DNA of 64,000 nt from Azolla caroliniana (Eukaryota; Plantae; Polypodiophyta), in assembly GCA_043228905.1 (NCBI GenBank), contig JBHGNT010000001.1, positions 35,526,001-35,590,000 on the forward strand, given 5' to 3'. Position 1 is the first letter of the stretch. Each line of letters starts with the position of its first letter. Under the pieces are notes generated by a model. That model ran no database searches, was not told where the DNA came from, and saw only the letters and a list, made by a program, of their open reading frames with translations. Shown piece by piece: positions 25,106 to 35,640 of the stretch. The translations under genes and the position numbers were made by a program.

Positions 25106-25284
25106 ATAGTGGCTTATAGTGTAACAAATTACCAAAAAAGGAGAAGATAGAGATTGAAATTTTTTAATAGTGGCTTATAGTATAACAACTTACCAAAAAA
25201 GAAGAAGATAGAGATTGAAAATTTTTAATAGTGGCTTGGAGTGTAACAACTTACCAAAAAAGAAGAAGATAGAGATTGAAATTT
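25106..25284. repeat. Tandem repeat, 61-bp unit x ~3
   Basis: atagtggcttatagtgtaacaaattaccaaaaaag.agaagatagagattgaaattttt occurs three times. Confidence 0.93.
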
Positions 25285-25337
25285 GTTAGGGTTCATACTA
25301 CATAGGGAGGATAATATTGGGTCATGGGACCGAGGTG

Positions 25338-25520
25338 GGGGTTTTACGATTTCTTGCCCATGAATTTCCTTTCTCGAGAGAGAAAAGAGAGCCCAATGGC
25401 CAATGATGGCCCATGGGATGGGATGGGGTTTTATGATCTCTGGCCCATGAATTTCCTTTGTGGTGAGAGAAAAGAGAGAGAGCCCAATGGCCAATGATGG
25501 CCCATGGGATGGGATGGGAT
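25338..25520 (+). promoter_or_regulatory. Duplicated ~88-bp promoter segment with site II-like (GGCCCA/AGCCCA) motifs and GA tracts, upstream of the second PPR gene
   Basis: ggggtttta.gat.tct.gcccatgaatttccttt...gagagcccaatggccaatgatggcccatgggatgggatgg occurs twice. Site II is the known TCP-binding element. Function is inferred. Confidence 0.55.
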
Positions 25521-25656
25521 GGATGTGTAGTGAGTGTGGCTTGGCTATGTCCTTCCAACACTCTCTGCATTTTGCCTCTTTAACGTCGAGACAGAGACAG
25601 ACAGAGAGGAACGCCGAGGCAAGACGGCTGGCTAGCTGCAGCAGGAGAATGCGGGA

Positions 25657-28305
25657 ATGCAGAGGAGCTCCGCTCGATTACCCAGATACGTCCTCTCTTC
25701 TCCGCTTAAGCATGCTCTCTCGGAGTTCTCTTCTATGCCCCCCCACACCAATGAGGAGGAAAATCTGCACAGCTTCGCATGCCTCTGTCACCATAGCGGG
25801 ATCTCGGTTTCCACCCATAGTATCTACAATCTTATACAAGCCTGTGCTAAAAAGAAAGACGTGGAATCTTGCAGAAGAATCCATTCCCTCGTCATTAGCA
25901 TCACTTACTCTGATGCGCAGAAGAAGACGTCATCGTTCCATGTCTACCTTATTCATGCTTTTGCCTTGTGTGGTTGCTTGTTAGATGCAAATCTTGTCTT
26001 TATGGATGTCGATAGGCCCTCGGAATGTACATGGAGTGCAATCATATCTGCACATATCATGTTTGAATCATATCAAATGGCTTTCTTTCTCTATGATCGC
26101 ATGCTGAACGAAGGGTTTCAAACAACCAAATCTTTGTTCTTTTGTGTGTTAAAAGCACGTGGCATTGCTGGGGACTTGAAGCAAGGTAAAATGATGCATG
26201 ATCAATTCATTGCGAAAGGCATAGAACCAGATGTGGTCTCTGGGACCAGATTTGTGGATTTTTATGCGAGATGTGGTGCTCTTAAAGAAGCACAAAGAAT
26301 GTTCGATAGAATGGATGATAGGAATATAGTGTCTTGGGGTGCACTTCTTGCAGGTTATGTCCAACATGAATGTGGTCATCTTGCACTTGGACTATACGAA
26401 CAGATGCAAAAGAGGGCTGTTATCCCAGATGAAAGTATCCTATCATCCTCATTGAAAGCTTGTGCCAGCATAGGGTCAATTAGACATGGTCTCATAATAC
26501 ATGACAAAGTTGTTAAATTTAACTTTGAGTCTAACATTGTATTAGGAAATTCTCTTATTGACATGTATGGTAAGTGTGGAAGCTTAGTTGATGCTCGCAA
26601 AGTATTTAAGACATTGCCCAATCGAAGTGTTGTTTCATGGGCTTCAATGCTTGCGGGACATGTTATTGATGGAGATGGTTTTGTTGCCTTCGATCTATAC
26701 ATGAATATGGAGCAGGAAGGCATAACGCCCACCAAGTTCATCATTTCAAGTGTTTTAAAAGCTTGTGGCCAAATGTGTTCCTTGTACCATGGGAAGCTCT
26801 TACATAGTTATGCTATCGAGCTGGGGCTGGAATCAAACCTGGTCGTTTCCAATGGCCTTATTGATATGTATATTAAGTGTAGAAGTGTGAGTGAATCTTA
26901 TAAATTGTTTAATATTTCTATTGACCAGGATGAGGTCACTTTGGGCTCAATCATGTCAGGCTATGTCCAGGATGATAAGAATCTTATTGCTCTTCAACTG
27001 TTTGAGAAGATGCAATGGGAGGGAAGAAGGTCAAATACGATTAGTTTTTCATGTGCTTTACAGGCTTGTGGAAGGATCATGGCTTTAAAGGAAGGCATGG
27101 TTATTCATAGTCAGATAATCATTGGAGGAGTTGAATCAGATAGTGTTGTAGGAAGCTCAGTTATTGACATGTATGCTAAATGTGGAACTCTAGCAGAGGC
27201 AATAAGAGTGTTTGATTGCTTAAATAATAAGACTTTGACATCATGGGGTGCACTAATTGATGGTTGTGCTACTCTGGAGTCCCACAGCTATCTTGCCCTA
27301 GAACTTTTTGGAAGAATGAAAGGGGAGTGTGTAAAACCAAACATTATCCTGTACTCGTCTGCATTAAAAGCATGTCTTAATGTCGGTACACTTGAGCAGT
27401 GCCATTCTCTACATGCAGATATTCTTATTAGTGGTTTAGAAATGGATGTAATTGCAGGAAACACCCTTGTAAACATATACATCAAGAATGGAAGTATCGA
27501 CGGAGCGCACAAGGTTTTTGATGGAATGTCAAAGAGGGATGTTGTGACATGGAATTCTTTGATTTATGGCTATGCTGAGAAAGGCAATTATGATTTGTTT
27601 ATTCTTGAGCTTTATCATGATATGACTGAGGCTGGTATAATTCCAGATAGGATCACTTTTTTGTGCATTCTGAAAGCTTGTGGCAGCATAAAATCTTTAT
27701 TTCATGGAAGATTGTTTCATAGCAGTATCCTAATGTGTGATGTTGGACTAGACATATCTATAGAGAATGCCCTTATTGACATGTATTCTAGATGTGGAAG
27801 TATAGAGGATGCAGAACACGTGTTTGCAAATATCTCCAGTGTAGATGTTGTATCATTTGGTACAATGATTGCAGGATATGTCGAGCATGGAAACTGTAAC
27901 CTGGTTAATCATTGCTTGCAAACCATGCGACATCAAGGCACAATGCCAGATGCTGGAATCTTGTGTAGTATACTTACTGCTTGTAGCCAGATAGGTCAAG
28001 TTCCAGAAGCACATCGTTATTTTTTATCCATGAGAGAGGATCATGGTGTCATCTTAAGTATAGAGCATTTCAATTGTATGGCAGATGTCATAGCTCGTAC
28101 AGGGTGTCTATCCGATGCAAAACATTTCCTTCAAAGCATGCCTAGCCAAGGAGATGCATTTGGGTGGTTGTCTTTACTTAGTGCGTGCGGTACGTATGGT
28201 AATAAGGATTTAGCACAAAAGTGTTTCGAGCAAGCTGTGGAATTAGAGCCTGATTGTGCCTCTGGGTACGTATTGCTGTCAAATCTCTTCAGCAGTCTCA
28301 AATAA
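25657..28305 (+). CDS. PLS-class pentatricopeptide repeat protein with E-type C-terminus, no DYW domain (882 aa, intronless)
   Basis: Many PLS triplets (GNSLIDMYGKCGSL, VVSWASMLAG, SSVLKACG), HFNCMADVIARTG and WLSLLSACGTYG...SGYVLLSNL*. The Ser/Arg-rich N-terminus resembles a targeting peptide. Confidence 0.95.
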   Translation: MQRSSARLPRYVLSSPLKHALSEFSSMPPHTNEEENLHSFACLCHHSGISVSTHSIYNLIQACAKKKDVESCRRIHSLVISITYSDAQKKTSSFHVYLIHAFALCGCLLDANLVFMDVDRPSECTWSAIISAHIMFESYQMAFFLYDRMLNEGFQTTKSLFFCVLKARGIAGDLKQGKMMHDQFIAKGIEPDVVSGTRFVDFYARCGALKEAQRMFDRMDDRNIVSWGALLAGYVQHECGHLALGLYEQMQKRAVIPDESILSSSLKACASIGSIRHGLIIHDKVVKFNFESNIVLGNSLIDMYGKCGSLVDARKVFKTLPNRSVVSWASMLAGHVIDGDGFVAFDLYMNMEQEGITPTKFIISSVLKACGQMCSLYHGKLLHSYAIELGLESNLVVSNGLIDMYIKCRSVSESYKLFNISIDQDEVTLGSIMSGYVQDDKNLIALQLFEKMQWEGRRSNTISFSCALQACGRIMALKEGMVIHSQIIIGGVESDSVVGSSVIDMYAKCGTLAEAIRVFDCLNNKTLTSWGALIDGCATLESHSYLALELFGRMKGECVKPNIILYSSALKACLNVGTLEQCHSLHADILISGLEMDVIAGNTLVNIYIKNGSIDGAHKVFDGMSKRDVVTWNSLIYGYAEKGNYDLFILELYHDMTEAGIIPDRITFLCILKACGSIKSLFHGRLFHSSILMCDVGLDISIENALIDMYSRCGSIEDAEHVFANISSVDVVSFGTMIAGYVEHGNCNLVNHCLQTMRHQGTMPDAGILCSILTACSQIGQVPEAHRYFLSMREDHGVILSIEHFNCMADVIARTGCLSDAKHFLQSMPSQGDAFGWLSLLSACGTYGNKDLAQKCFEQAVELEPDCASGYVLLSNLFSSLK

Positions 28306-28597
28306 ATGAACATCTTATTTGCTTGCTGAAGTCAAAGAAATCTTTTGCTTCCAATAACCAAACTTAGCCTTTCAGTACCATGGCTAATCATGTGTTTGCT
28401 ACTCACCCTCATCTATAAGCCCACCTTGAAATTGATATTTTTCAATGCTTTAATTCATGTCATGATGGATAAGTGATCGAAATGGAACACATTCTCTCTA
28501 CTCAGTGGGATAAAACATTAATAATGTGTTTCTCCGCAAAGTTTTTACCTCTATTGCTCTCAATAGAGAGCACTATGAATCTGTCATTGCCACCAGT

Positions 28598-28698
28598 AAT
28601 TCCAACACTGGTGTCTACGACTCCTTTCAGATTCTTGGCCTCCAAAGAGAAGTGCAAACATTAATTTGAAAGGAGTCGTAGACACCAGTGTTGGAATT
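28598..28698. repeat. Near-perfect inverted repeat (36-bp arms, 29-nt loop)
   Basis: aattccaacactggtgtctacgactcctttcagatt (28598-28633) pairs with aatttgaaaggagtcgtagacaccagtgttggaatt (28663-28698), with one G:U/mismatch. Confidence 0.93.
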
Positions 28699-30363
28699 TC
28701 CATGTTAATTTATATTATAAAATCTAACCTAAGTTGTTTAGCAAGTAATTTGCATAAAAATAAAGTTGAGGATCATCAACTTTAAAACATGTTAGGGTTT
28801 ATAATTTGTATATTGTACTATTTTATCCTATAGAAATGGTCCCATAAGCTGTTAAAGCATCACAAACTTGTACTTAGCCATTTAGCTTTAGGTTTTAAGC
28901 TTCCCCAAGCCATTTAAAGATCAATATTATTTGAATTAAACCATTAACCTCCCCAAGCCAAACAAAGCCATTTCTGAATTTTGGAACGTAAATTGTACCA
29001 AACGTTTTCAACTATTAATCCATTAAGCTATGGTCTCATGGTTTGATTTTGAACTCAAACTGTGTTGTTGTTGTTTGGTAATGTTGATTCCCTTTTATTA
29101 TGGGTGCTTCTTTATCCTTAAGAAAAGAATACTATTGTTTCCTACCCTTGGGTGATCTTGTAAAGAGTTGTGAGTGGTTTTTGGAGAGAAGAGTTTGTGT
29201 GTGTGATCTTTACATTAAGACTAATTGATCTTTTAATATATGATGAATGTAACATAAAAGCCCATTGTGCAAGAGGTCAACAAAGATCCTTAGGCTCCCA
29301 AGCACATTTAGCATATAATGGCATATTTATTTTTAGCATCTGATGACATGTTTATTTTTATAAATGAGGGAGTTCACATGGTCAAGATGGAAGTTGTGGT
29401 CGGAGTGAGGTAAGATAAGTTGAGGGGATCACAATTACATTGGCTACTTGTATTACTAGTTATCAGCAATGCATCCATTACAAATGCCCATATTCAATGC
29501 TAGGTTTCTACACTTTCAAATCAATTATTTGTCAAATGAGTATCACTATTATCAATTGATGTTGCATGAATGAGCTGATTGTGATTGTTATCGATCAATT
29601 ATTGATTATATGTAGACTACTTTGAGGTAAAGGCAAGAGAAAGTGGTACAAAAAAGCTACCGAATTGAAGTGTCATGATACATAAATGTTTTTGAGAGAA
29701 ATGTCTCGCCCCTATAACATGGTGGGCCCCCATTTCTCAAGCTATTAACACGAGGATTTGGTGAATGATGTGTTGCAAATAAAAGGATATCGGGCTTCCT
29801 AATAACACTACTTCGAGAAAAAATGTTGATTGACTTGAAATGTAATATGCATTCATGGTGCTTTTAAATGGTTTGACAACCAATATGCCAGTATTTAGTT
29901 TAATTTTCGATCATGCTATTGTTGATCCTTATAAGGGTATTGATGACATCATGAGTAGTATCTCACACAACTAAATATGACTTAAAATCTTACACAAGTT
30001 CAAGTCATAATACTAAGCTTGTGGGTTGAATTTAATTTATATAAATAGTATTCTGCTTTCCCTTTAAAATAAAAGCCTTCATTGATGTTTAAAAATTAAA
30101 CAATTAACACAACATTCATGTGTCTTCTCGTCACTTCTTTTCATAACTAAAACATTTGAGCTTAATTTCTTCCAAAATTAACCTTGGACGTGTATACAAC
30201 CCATCCCTTTCATATTTCAATTCATCCTTTCTGATTTCCCTTTTCAACTATTGTCTTGATTTTGAACATTCTTTCTTCATCATTTTATTGGCTTATCGAA
30301 AGGTTGAAGGTCTCTAACAAAACCAAGTGCATGTAATAGAAACTAAGCACCTTGTTAAATATA

Positions 30364-30676
30364 GGGAAAAGTACCAGGATACCCCTGGAAGTTCGTGTAT
30401 TTACCAAAATGCCCTTGGAAGTTCCAAATTTACCAAACTACCCCTATGTCCAAAAAATTACACTTTATAAAGTAATTATACACTCAAATCTTTGGTAAAT
30501 AGGGCTAGTTCGGGTCCATTTCTTCCATCTTTGGTAAATAGGGCTTGTAGATTCTAGTGTATAATTACTCTATAAAGTGTAATTTTTTGGACATAGGGGT
30601 AGTTTGGTAAATTTGGAACTTCCAGGGGCATTATGGTAAATAGACGAACTTCCAGGGGTATCCTGGTACTTTTCCC
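30364..30676. mobile_element. Mutator-like (MULE) MITE, 313 bp, ~125-bp TIRs, 9-bp TSD
   Basis: Termini are gggaaaagtaccaggatacccctggaagttcg... and ...cgaacttccaggggtatcctggtacttttccc. The identical flank ttaaatata lies at 30355-30363 and 30677-30685. Confidence 0.95.
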
Positions 30677-30807
30677 TTAAATATATTACCCGTCCCTTGT
30701 CAAATACTCAATCCACCATTATCCATCATTTCTAGATACTTGGTTTGGATCCAAATCTATCTATGTTCCATATCATTTTCATAGTACCAAATTTATTTGT
30801 TAATTAT

Positions 30808-32030
30808 CTTTTTTCCCAAAACAAACACTACTTCGCATTAGCTAGCAAACTGAATATAGCAAAGTTCAACTTGAATCCATGATGGGATTAGTATATACAA
30901 CACGGAGGAACAACTCCAAAACCAACAAAACTCACGCAGCCCTTACCCCCAACAAAACTGAAACAAACCCCAATTTACACCATCTCTACTCATCCAAACA
31001 TACTCTTTTATCAGGTATACCTACATATTTACATCCCATCTACAACATTGAGAGCCATTGGCGGAAACAACCACCTAGGCGCCTGGTAGTTCCACTTAGG
31101 CCTCGTCGAAGATTTGACCATCATGGGAGAACCACCCCATTTCAGCAAGAACTTAGACCTTGCCCTTTTTGCTTCATCTAATTCCCCCTTAATCGAGTCA
31201 TACCGTCCACGTAGCCACTAGTCAAACCAGATATTTAGCATCACCTCACCGCGTGAGAGCTTTTGCTATTGAAAAACAAACTTAGAATGTCTGGTCCAAA
31301 TGTGCCAGACCGATAAGCATGCCATCATAATGCCAAATTTCCTCAAAAAATTCAAATTTTGTGCCAAGTCTCACCCCATCACTCTGCACTATATATCCAT
31401 GTCCCTGTGGGGTTTAACTGTTCCGCCTAGCCTTCCCCATTTAGGGTCAGATCTTGTATGGAACCCCACACAACATCCCCATTCACATCGCACACTGCCA
31501 CAATTCTAAGGCTTCTATTCCAAATGTTAACGACTTTTATACAGTTCCAGAAACAGTGAGAGATTGATTCCAAAGCATGTCCACATAACTTACAGTCGGC
31601 CTCACCACCACGGGAACCCAACCACTCCCTTACAAGTACCACCTTGTGGCTAAGAAGCCAAAGCCAAACCTTTATTTTTTCTGGCGTATCCAATGCCCAT
31701 AGCCTCCTCCAAAACGACTTTAGGAGATCATCTGATATGCCTTTATCCTTCCAGATATTGCGAATCGTTACAACACCTACCGACTTGGAGCCAATGATAC
31801 ATCTTCTTAGCTTAATATTGTACTCAAAAAACGTTTTCAGTTTGTTTGTTCCCGGTGTTTGCCATCATACCTCCAATGGATCCCACTCCAAATCATATAA
31901 TGGCTTGTTGTTGAAAAGCCATATTTTACAATCATGATCAAGTGTCTTAGGGTCCTGCTTCCATTGCCACCTCTTACCCTCCATTATCTTTCATAGAAGG
32001 GCTAGAAAATTTTCTTGAGCACCCTATGGA
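30808..32030 (-). mobile_element. Degenerate LINE 3' fragment (zf-RVT region)
   Basis: TPEKIKVWLWLLSHK...CKLCGHALESISHCFWNC...IWNR at 31427-31693 is the zf-RVT zinc knuckle. Flanking frames are broken and the boundaries are approximate. Confidence 0.8.
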
Positions 32031-35000
32031 TACACACTCTATCGGTGAATGAAGAAGATGATCTATGATGTACTTGCATCTTATTGCACAAACATCACCG
32101 CCTAGTTTTTTATCAATCCACTAGTTCATATGAATCTTAACCAAAAGGTTGCCAAATAAATTCCTTGCTTTTATTACAACACTTTATAACTTGGTCACAT
32201 TATTTGTACAATATATGTTCTAATGCACATCCCATTCCCATCCTTACCTAGCAAAAATGTACATGTCAAGGAGAGGCAAGCATTAATCAGCATTGTAAAG
32301 TAAAGACTATGCATCCAATGTTAATAAATAATAAAATATTCTTGGTAAATGTGAGATTGATTAGAAAACGTGGATAGGGGATCATTCTAGAAAAGGGAAA
32401 GAAAGACTGGTGATTGCCTTAAATTGTATAAACGATAATTAAATACATGCATGGTTATTGTCAAATTGACTACAAGGTGGAGGGTATGGAAGATAGTTTG
32501 TTTAGCATTAACCCATTACCCAAGCATACAAACTGATGCCATCAATCACACAATAAATTTATATGCAATCACGTCTTAAACCAACACATAAAACACTATG
32601 GTGTGTATATAAGGAAGGGTCCAATACCTTTTTCTTAAACTTGCTCTTGCCATATTGATCCAAGTCACAAAACATTATCAGTTTCAATCTCAATATTATA
32701 TTTAGTTGTATCCCAACAATTCGTTTAACATATTGTGATTCTTTAGTTATGAAAGAATTTGTGACTACTATCATCTATCATTACAACTCAACATTGAGAA
32801 ATATAGCTTGTTTTGTACAAGATTTATTGAGTGTGGGATCAGTTCATAACATTAATTTCTGTCATCCAATAAATATTAGATAAAAATTCTTTATATATCT
32901 CAAATACATGACATGAATGGGAAATCATTCGGCAAACATCAATAGTAGCTGAGATTAAATAAATGCCCATACCTACCTATTTTGTTTTCGCTGAAGTGGG
33001 GCTATACCATGGTAGAAAGGCATACATGTATTAACTCATGGTGTTCACTCAAAATCCACCCATTTTACGAGTTCACTAGATGACCATGTAGAATGTAGGG
33101 TTGAATTTATGACCTTTTAGTCTTCTATTGACAAACCTTACAAAATGAGCTCTTTCACGGTAGAAATTCTTTGAATCGGTCTTTTCTTTCAATTTCGAAA
33201 GGATCTATGGTATCTATGGACCTAAGTTTTCTTGGTGAGCTACACAACTTTATCTTTTTCCACTTTTGTTTCAACCTGCTTGAAGGCTTTGTCATGACTA
33301 TGGACCTACCTTTTGTCGTGAGTACACATATTTATCTTCTTCTTTCCAAAAAATATATTTATCTTTAGTTAGTGAAAATACACCTAGAACATTGAAGCAT
33401 TTCAAATACATTGAATGTACCCATGTGCTTTTACTATCTTAGAACATTCATATTTATTGGTTTCTCGGCTCTACTAGCAATTTAATGACAATTGATGGAT
33501 TACCAAGAAACTCTTAAATATCGACATTTTTGTAAGGTTTGTAGCTTGAGAATTCCCATATGGTATTTGATGTCTTGAATCTTATCGTAAATCAATGATA
33601 ACCTAAAAGTGGAGAGCGAGAGAGTAGATATTTTATCATCCATGGGGATGCCAATTTTGACCTATGGGACCAAATAAACATATCTTCTTGGATGTGTCTC
33701 CTTCGTGTGGGAGACAAAAAGAGAGGCAATGACTACAATGGACCACATGTAAGAGTGATAGCTTTGTGAGTGTGATTGGGGTGCTTCGACAAAAACAAAG
33801 AAAGAGAAAAACTAGTCTCAAAATTCTAGCACGTGTATATTACTATAAGCTATTTTTATTAATATGACACTAGCATCCGATTAATCATCCCTTGGAAAAT
33901 AAGTGATTCAACATAAACTTTTTACTATTTGAATCTCACTTTCCTTTTCAACGTCAAACTCAAGGTCTCAAAATCTTCATCTTTGTCCTTGTTAGTTAGT
34001 ATTGAGTACTTATTTTCTAGAGTTAGAGGCTAAGTTAGTCACTTTAGGGTTACTTGTTTCAACAAATTTGACTACATTGTCAGAATTAGAAACCATGGTA
34101 TACTCTTATGGGAACAAACTAAAAACTATGATTACCTTTGACCCTCAATGTACATGCAAACCCTAAATAAGATTTGAAAGTGAACGAAAGCTACAACTCA
34201 ACAAAGGGGAACAAATTTAGACCCATTATAGTTCATTTTATTATTGGGAATACTATTCTGGACTACTTTTACTCGTTGTTAGGTGCCCTTTCTTTCTTTT
34301 TGTCAAAGAAACACTGCTTCACATTAGTTAGGAAACCGAATACATCAAAGTTCAACTAGTTAGCAATCCATGGACTATGTTTAACTTTAAAAAATTGAAG
34401 GTGGGTCCTCTATACTAGTTGAATTGGTGTATCTAGAGAAATATCTTAACACAAACACAATTTCGTTACTATGTCATGCATGCTCTAACTTTGATCACCC
34501 TCCCATGGTGAAGGTCAAACAATAGGAAGGCTAACAAATATTCTTGCTTCTATGAAGCAATATTGATACACATATAAAGAAAAAAGAGGCCATTCTTAGT
34601 GTTACGATGAAAAGAAAAATGACGCGTCGAATCAACAATAGTATACTTGCAAATGAAATAATGTGGAGAGATTGGATTAGGACTCTCAACCATGAACAAT
34701 CATTTCTAAGAACCTGGGGTTACTTGTAGTAGAGACTAAATGCTTAGATTATGAAGAAGTTTTTATGTGACATAAATGTGAAGACACTCTTTATAACCTC
34801 CATGACGACATTGATCATTACTGAAGTGCAAACTGCAGTAGTGGTACAATGTGTAATGTTAGAATATAAAAGCCAAAAGCGTAAATGTAAAGTAGAAACC
34901 TGAAAGTTCATGCGCATCATGAAAAAGAAAACATATTGGCTAACTCCAACCAAGCCAAGGATTGTAAATAAAGTGAAGGGCTCAAGAAGGAAGCATTTAA

Positions 35001-35418
35001 TTGATCAATCGAGGCAAGACAAACATGACCTCTAGCTCCACCTCGGTGACGGGCCGTCACACTTTTTAAAAGTGTAAGTGTGTGTGTGTTCCTCGATTGA
35101 GCACGAAAGACCTAACATTGAAATATAACCGTCCACACAACGATAAATGAATCATAATCTCGGGCCCGTGGTCATCTCGTAAGTGGAGTGGTAAGTAAGA
35201 AAGAGCAGTGGTGGATGAGGTAGAAATTGGAATGTACCAAATGGGCCAGCCATTTCTTTTCTTTTTCTTTCTCTTTTTTGACTTTTGAAAGGGGAGCAAA
35301 AAGAAAGAAAGAAAGAAAAAAGATAGATAGATAGATAGATAACAGAGACTCAAAAGGTTTGATGAAACAAAACACCTGTTTCATTTGCTTTGATTAGCTT
35401 TATATCCACCCCCCAACA

Positions 35419-35449
<31 letters not shown>

Positions 35450-35640
35450 AAAAGAAAAAAGAAGAGAGGATGGAAGAATGAATGAGATCCATGGAGGCCA
35501 CTTGTTTGTTTGACCCAATCAAAGCCTCTTGTATGGTACTCTGTTTTTTTTAGTTGTTGATGATGATGATGTAGTTTGGGCAAATCTAATCTCTGTATTT
35601 GGTTTGGGCTGATTTGTGGCCTGCCATTTCCGATCAATCA

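Noticed and set aside
25460-25984. 174-aa ORF overlapping the start of the second PPR gene
   Set aside because: Starts at a non-ATG codon in promoter repeats, is an alternative frame of the PPR 5' region, and has no known features.
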